Shown here piece after piece: positions 59,489-64,000 of a stretch of DNA of 64,000 bases. The position numbers and the translations under genes were made by a program. Under the pieces are notes generated by a model, which searched no databases, was not told where the DNA came from, and worked only from the letters and a program-made list of their open reading frames with translations. Numbering within the stretch: position 1 is the stretch's first letter; the number at the start of each line of letters is the position of its first letter. Source of the stretch: Oscillospiraceae bacterium (GTDB lineage Bacteria > Bacillota > Clostridia > Oscillospirales > Oscillospiraceae); NCBI GenBank assembly GCA_017408525.1, contig JAFQUN010000108.1, positions 2,739 to 66,738 on the forward strand, given 5' to 3'.

Positions 59489-60286
59489 TCAGATATCGCG
59501 CATACGGCGCAGGATCTCGCCGATGCCGGAAAAGACTTCTGTCGGATGAATGTCAAAGCGCGCAATGTCCTCCGCAACACCCTCGCCGGAGAGAACAAAC
59601 GCCGTGTCGATGCCGGCATTTACGCCGCAGGCGATGTCGGTATAGATGCGGTCGCCGATCAAAACCGTCTCCTCTGCGCGGCAGGCGCATCGTTCCATTG
59701 CCAAAAGCGCCATCTCCGGTTCCGGTTTTCCGATAAATCTGGGCGTTCTCCCCGTCGCACGGTGCAGCATTTCACATACGCTCCCGCAGTCCGGCACAAA
59801 GCCGTAGGAGGTTGGACAGACCCAGTCGGGATTCGTTGCGAGAAAGTCTACCCCGCGTCCGAGCAGGATGCAGGCATCCTCAAGCTTTTGGAACGTCAGC
59901 TCCGTGTCAAAGCCGCACACAAGAAGCGAAACACCATCCTCCGGTCTGTCGGTCACGCGGAAGCCCGCATCGCAAAGCTGCGTGCGAAAAGAGCGGGTCC
60001 CAAAAGCATAGATCAGCGCATCATCGTACCGCCCGCGCATATCCCGGATGAGCGCATCCGTGGAGGTGAGAAAATCCTCCGCGTGCGCGCCGATCCCCAT
60101 GCGGCGGAGGCGGTCAACATAGGCGGTGACACTTCGCGAGGAATTGTTCGTCGTAAAAAGATAGCGTCCGCCCTTTGCACGGATCCCCGCAAGAAAATCG
60201 GGTGCTGCGTCAAAAAGTGTGTCACCGAGATAGATGGTGCCATCCATATCAAGCAAAAAGAGCTTCTTTTTGGAAAAATCGATCAT
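59489..60286 (-). CDS. HAD-superfamily subfamily IIA hydrolase (NagD-like sugar phosphatase)
   Basis: 265 aa from MIDFSKKK behind a GGAGG RBS. LLDMDGTIY, TNNSS and GDRIYTDI motifs. Confidence 0.85.
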   Translation of the reverse strand: MIDFSKKKLFLLDMDGTIYLGDTLFDAAPDFLAGIRAKGGRYLFTTNNSSRSVTAYVDRLRRMGIGAHAEDFLTSTDALIRDMRGRYDDALIYAFGTRSFRTQLCDAGFRVTDRPEDGVSLLVCGFDTELTFQKLEDACILLGRGVDFLATNPDWVCPTSYGFVPDCGSVCEMLHRATGRTPRFIGKPEPEMALLAMERCACRAEETVLIGDRIYTDIACGVNAGIDTAFVLSGEGVAEDIARFDIHPTEVFSGIGEILRRMRDI

Positions 60287-60472
60287 GTGTGTCCTCCTGC
60301 GGCATTTATGGGAAAAGTGTAGCTTTTTTTGCGGCACTTTGCAAGCGCCTTTGCTGCTGCAGGAAAACGAGCGGAAAAAACAAATTTGACAAAGACACAT
60401 TTATATATTATAAAAGTACATGATATTTTTTGCTGCGATGCGCTGCGTCGCACCTGAATGCAGGAGGGCATA

Positions 60473-61234
60473 ATGGAGCGTGAGATCATCACAAGCCGCA
60501 AAAATCCACTGATGACGCACCTTCGCAAGCTTGCGTCTTCGCGTGCGTATCGCGGGGAGCATGGCGAGTTCCTCTGCGATGGCGTGAAAATGCTTGATGA
60601 AGCTGTGCGCGCCGGTGCGCCGGTCGTGACGGTCGTGTGTACGGAACGCGCGGAGCTTCCGCTGCTTGACGCAAGCGTTCGTGTGGTGTGCGTTCCCGAC
60701 GATGTGATGCGCTCGGTAAGCCCGATGGAAGCGCCCCAGGGCGTGCTTTTTACCTGTCGGCTGCCGAACGTGCGCCTGCCTGAAACGCTCGGTGGACGGG
60801 GCTGTCTTGTGCTCGACGGTGTGCAGGATCCCGGGAATGTCGGGACGATCGTGCGCTCGGCGGACGCGTTTTCGTGCGGCGCGGTGATACTGCTCGAAGG
60901 CTGCGCAGACCCCTATTCGCACAAGGCTGCGCGCGCCACGATGGGAGCTGTCTTTCGCCGTGCTGTCTATTCCTGCACGACGCAGGAGCTTTTCGCACTT
61001 CTTACCCGCGACGGCGTGCCGCTCTACGGCGCGGCACTTCGCGATGATACGGTCGATGTGCGCGCGGTGTCGCTTCGCGGTGCGGCGGTGGCTGTGGGAA
61101 GTGAAGGGCGCGGGCTTCGCGGGGAAGTGCTCGCGCGGTGCGCCAAGACGGTGCGCATCCCGATGAGCGAGCAGTGTGAATCGCTCAACGCCGCGATGGC
61201 GGCAAACATCCTTTTGTGGGAAGCATTTAGATAA
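60473..61234 (+). CDS. TrmH/SpoU-family RNA 2'-O-methyltransferase
   Basis: 253 aa from MEREII behind an AGGAGGG RBS. SpoU motifs LDGVQDPGNVGTIVRSA, VGSEGRGL and LNAAMAANILLWE. Confidence 0.85.
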   Translation: MEREIITSRKNPLMTHLRKLASSRAYRGEHGEFLCDGVKMLDEAVRAGAPVVTVVCTERAELPLLDASVRVVCVPDDVMRSVSPMEAPQGVLFTCRLPNVRLPETLGGRGCLVLDGVQDPGNVGTIVRSADAFSCGAVILLEGCADPYSHKAARATMGAVFRRAVYSCTTQELFALLTRDGVPLYGAALRDDTVDVRAVSLRGAAVAVGSEGRGLRGEVLARCAKTVRIPMSEQCESLNAAMAANILLWEAFR

Positions 61235-61254
61235 GAGATGGGAGGTGCGCTGAA

Positions 61255-62475
61255 ATGGCAGGACTGAAATACTGGGTATGGCTCTCGAGCCTGCAGGGGA
61301 TCTCCGGCATTTCCAGGCACCTCCTTCTGGAGCATTTCGGCTCGCCGGAGAGCATCTACTATGCCGACGAGGAGGAGTACCGCCTTGTCGCGGAGCTTCC
61401 CCGTACACACGCCGCGCTGCTCAATGATAAGTCGACAGCGCGCGCAGACGAGATCCTTGGCGAGTGCGCGCGGCTCGGTATCCGCATCGTGACGATACAG
61501 GATGCGGACTACCCCGCGCGGCTGCACGATATCTACGACCCGCCGATCCTGTTTTACGTTCGCGGAACGCTGCCTGTGATCGACGAGGAGGTCGCCGTTG
61601 CGATGGTCGGTACACGCGACGCAACACCGTACGGCATCGCGTGCGCGGAAAAGCTTGCCTGCGCCATCACGCGTGAGGGCGGCTTGATCGTATCGGGCAT
61701 GGCGCAGGGTATCGATGCGGCAGCGCTTCGCGGTGCATTGCGCGGCGGCGGAACGCCTGTTTCCGTCATCGCAGGCGGACATGATATCATATATCCGAGG
61801 GAAAACGCATATCTATACGCCGATGTCGCAGCAAAGGGCGCGATCATTTCCGAATATCCGCCGGGCACGAAACCCATCGGCGCAAATTTTCCTGTGCGAA
61901 ACCGCATTATCAGCGGACTTTCGCTTGCCACGCTCGTCGTCGAGGCGGATGTGAAAAGCGGCGCGCTCATCACGGCGAACACCGCCCTTGAGCAAAGCCG
62001 CGACGTTTACGCGGTACCCGGTCCCATCGATGCGCCGCAAAGCCGCGGCTGCAACCGATTGATCGCCGAGGGCGCGGGACTTGTCGCCGAGAGCTGGGAC
62101 ATCCTTGGAAACTATCAGGCGCAGTATCCGCATAAGATCCGCGAGCGCGGTGCGCCGCCGATCCGAAACGTTGGATATGAGGCACGAAGCAGCGCCAAAA
62201 AGAAAGAGCCGGAGCGCACGGAGGAGAAGGAAGTCCCGCGCGCGGTGCTCGACCTGCGCGGCGGCGAGACGCAGGGTCTGACCGACGATCAGATCAATCT
62301 CCTTTGTGCGATGCCGGACGAGCCGATCCAGGTAGACGAGCTGATCGATGCGGCGCAGATCCCCGCACGCCGCGCACTCTCAGCGCTGACGATGCTTGAG
62401 CTTGAAGGGCATATTACGGCGCACAGTGGGAAATATTTTTCAAAAAACGTCACGCTTCTTTTGGACCGTGAATGA
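61255..62475 (+). CDS. dprA: DNA-processing protein DprA (Smf)
   Basis: 406 aa. Rossmann-like core VAMVGTRDATPYG...VSGMAQGIDAAALRGAL...VVEADVKSGALITA plus a C-terminal winged-helix extension. Confidence 0.9.
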   Translation: MAGLKYWVWLSSLQGISGISRHLLLEHFGSPESIYYADEEEYRLVAELPRTHAALLNDKSTARADEILGECARLGIRIVTIQDADYPARLHDIYDPPILFYVRGTLPVIDEEVAVAMVGTRDATPYGIACAEKLACAITREGGLIVSGMAQGIDAAALRGALRGGGTPVSVIAGGHDIIYPRENAYLYADVAAKGAIISEYPPGTKPIGANFPVRNRIISGLSLATLVVEADVKSGALITANTALEQSRDVYAVPGPIDAPQSRGCNRLIAEGAGLVAESWDILGNYQAQYPHKIRERGAPPIRNVGYEARSSAKKKEPERTEEKEVPRAVLDLRGGETQGLTDDQINLLCAMPDEPIQVDELIDAAQIPARRALSALTMLELEGHITAHSGKYFSKNVTLLLDRE

Positions 62476-62497
62476 TTGAACCGTAACGGAGGCAGCT

Positions 62498-64000
62498 ATG
62501 GCAAAAAAGAGTCTTGTGATCGTGGAGTCGCCTGCCAAGGCTAAAACCATTGGGAAATATCTTGGCAAGGACTATGAGGTAAAAGCGTGCATGGGGCATT
62601 TGCGCGACCTTCCCAAAAGCGTCATGGGCGTGGATATAGAAAACGATTTTGAACCGAATTATAAGCCCATCAAGGGCAAAGAGGATATCATAAAGGACCT
62701 TAAGGCATCGGCAAAGGCGAGCAGCGTCGTATACCTTGCAACCGACCCCGACCGCGAGGGCGAGGCGATCTCGTGGCATTTGAAGCACCTTTTGGAGCTT
62801 GACGACGCCTCGGCACGCCGCGTGACGTTCAATGAGATCACGCAGAAGGTTGTGCGCGAGAGCATCGAGCATCCGCGTGACATCGACGAAAATCTTGTAA
62901 ACGCCCAGCAGGCGCGCCGCATCCTTGACCGCATCGTCGGCTACCAGCTCTCGCCGCTTCTGTGGCGCAAGGTGCGCCGCGGTCTTTCGGCAGGGCGCGT
63001 GCAGTCGGTCGCCATGCGTATGGTCGCCGAGCGTGAGCGCGAGATCACGGCATTCGTGCCGGAGGAATACTGGACGCTTGACGCGACGCTTCGTGCCGAC
63101 GCGCGCGAAAAGCCGTTTACGGCGCGCTATTACGGAAAGAACGGAAAGAAATACGAGCCGACCTCCGCCGAGGAAACGGAGGCGATCGTTGCGGCGGTAC
63201 AGAATGCACCGTTCATGGTCAAAAGCGTCAAGCGCACCGATAAGCAGCGCTCTCCCTCGCCGCCGTTTACGACCTCTACCATGCAGCAGGAGGCAAGCCG
63301 CAAGCTCAACATGACGCCGCGCCGCACCATGGCGATCGCCCAGCAGCTCTACGAGGGCGTCGACATCACCGGCGAGGGCACGGTGGGCCTTATCACCTAT
63401 ATGCGTACCGACAGCCTGCGTATCTCCGAAGATGCGCTTGCCGAGGCGAAGTCGTTTATCCTCGGCCGCTACGGTGCGGACTACTACCCCGCCTCACCGC
63501 GCCGCTACAAGGCGAAAGCCGGCGCGCAGGACGCGCATGAGGCGATCCGCCCGTCAAACGTGCATCTGACACCCGAGCAGGTCAAAGGTGACCTTACAGG
63601 CGAGCAGTATCGGCTCTACCGCCTGATCTGGAGCCGTTTTATCGCCTCGCAGATGAAAAATGCCGTGTATGACAGCGTCGCTGTTGAGATCGAAGCGGAT
63701 ATCCACAGCTTCCACGCAAGCGCCAGCAGCTTGAAGTTTTCCGGCTACACTGCCGTTTATGAGGAATCGCGCGACGATGAAAAGGAGGAAAAGCTCTCCT
63801 TTTTGCCGAGCCTTACCGAGGGCGAAACGCTCAAGGCGGAGGATTTTGCGCGTGAGCAGCATTTCACCCAGCCGCCGAGCCGCTACTCCGACGCGACGCT
63901 CATCCGCGCGATGGAGGAAAACGGCATCGGTCGTCCGTCGACCTATGCGCCGACCGTTTCGACCATCCTCGACCGTGAGTACGTCGTAAAAGAGGGGAAG
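62498..64000 (+). CDS. topA: DNA topoisomerase I, 5'-partial (runs off the window)
   Basis: The ATG at 62498 lies behind an ACGGAGG RBS. MAKKSLVIVESPAKAKTIGKYLGKDYEVKACMGHLRDLPKS Toprim N-terminus. The frame is open to the window end. It is absent from the ORF track because it has no stop codon. Confidence 0.92.
   Translation, partial: MAKKSLVIVESPAKAKTIGKYLGKDYEVKACMGHLRDLPKSVMGVDIENDFEPNYKPIKGKEDIIKDLKASAKASSVVYLATDPDREGEAISWHLKHLLELDDASARRVTFNEITQKVVRESIEHPRDIDENLVNAQQARRILDRIVGYQLSPLLWRKVRRGLSAGRVQSVAMRMVAEREREITAFVPEEYWTLDATLRADAREKPFTARYYGKNGKKYEPTSAEETEAIVAAVQNAPFMVKSVKRTDKQRSPSPPFTTSTMQQEASRKLNMTPRRTMAIAQQLYEGVDITGEGTVGLITYMRTDSLRISEDALAEAKSFILGRYGADYYPASPRRYKAKAGAQDAHEAIRPSNVHLTPEQVKGDLTGEQYRLYRLIWSRFIASQMKNAVYDSVAVEIEADIHSFHASASSLKFSGYTAVYEESRDDEKEEKLSFLPSLTEGETLKAEDFAREQHFTQPPSRYSDATLIRAMEENGIGRPSTYAPTVSTILDREYVVKEGK

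Noticed and set aside
1-64000. CRISPR arrays, cas genes, prophage, integrase, or canonical defence systems (toxin-antitoxin, Abi, CBASS, retrons).
   Set aside because: I found no regularly spaced direct repeats, no integrase or recombinase, and no phage structural genes. The only mobile or defence traces are the dead IS256-type gene and the truncated endonuclease-like remnant.

Overview
The window looks like a chromosomal segment of a high-G+C, spore-forming Clostridia-type Firmicute. The evidence is spoVAD/spoVAE, SLH-domain wall proteins, DegV/PlsC, ECF and BMP transporters, and GGAGG ribosome-binding sites. The taxonomic placement is inference only.

Gene content from left to right:
- 3' end of a tmRNA-like RNA
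- XRE regulator diverging from a multidomain M23 peptidase/SLH protein
- YesM/YesN-type two-component system followed by a BMP-family (nucleoside-type) ABC importer
- Visibly AT-richer accessory island of about 15 kb (about 10.9-26.1 kb) encoding an ABC-transporter-dependent glycan pathway
- plsC and degV
- Probable cobalamin riboswitch with a DUF4430 lipoprotein and an ECF S-component
- FTCD-type cyclohydrolase
- Selenium-trait cluster: class-V cysteine desulfurase, DUF3343, YqeC, YqeB, YedE, YedF
- copA, then spoVAE/spoVAD
- psuK, psuG and a DUF1294 protein
- tRNA-Leu(TAA) and initiator tRNA-Met
- Truncated restriction-endonuclease-like remnant
- SLH protein, Fe-S aldo/keto reductase, apgM, recG, folA, thyA
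- MATE exporter and a frameshifted small XRE gene
- Maltodextrin operon: lacI-type regulator, binding protein, two permeases, malQ, msmX
- Two tandem mgtC paralogs, a HAD-IIA hydrolase, a TrmH methyltransferase, dprA and the 5' part of topA

The most promising candidate for something undescribed is the glycan island. It pairs a strongly KdsB-like CMP-ulosonate synthetase with an HMGL/DRE-TIM aldolase fused to a sialyltransferase/Maf(DUF115)-like domain and a KdgK-like kinase. It also carries a coiled-coil FkbM methyltransferase, a DUF4422::DUF115-like bifunctional enzyme, a truncated CDP-6-deoxyhexose pathway, glf, a second DUF4422 gene and TagGH. No KdsA, NeuB, GT2, GT4 or initiating phosphoglycosyltransferase is visible in the window.

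A second unexplained signal is a degenerate, hairpin-bearing intergenic repeat family with at least four copies. One copy sits inside a 34-bp duplicated terminator.

All functional calls come from reading motifs in the supplied translations. No database search was run, so family names are recollection-based and should be verified.
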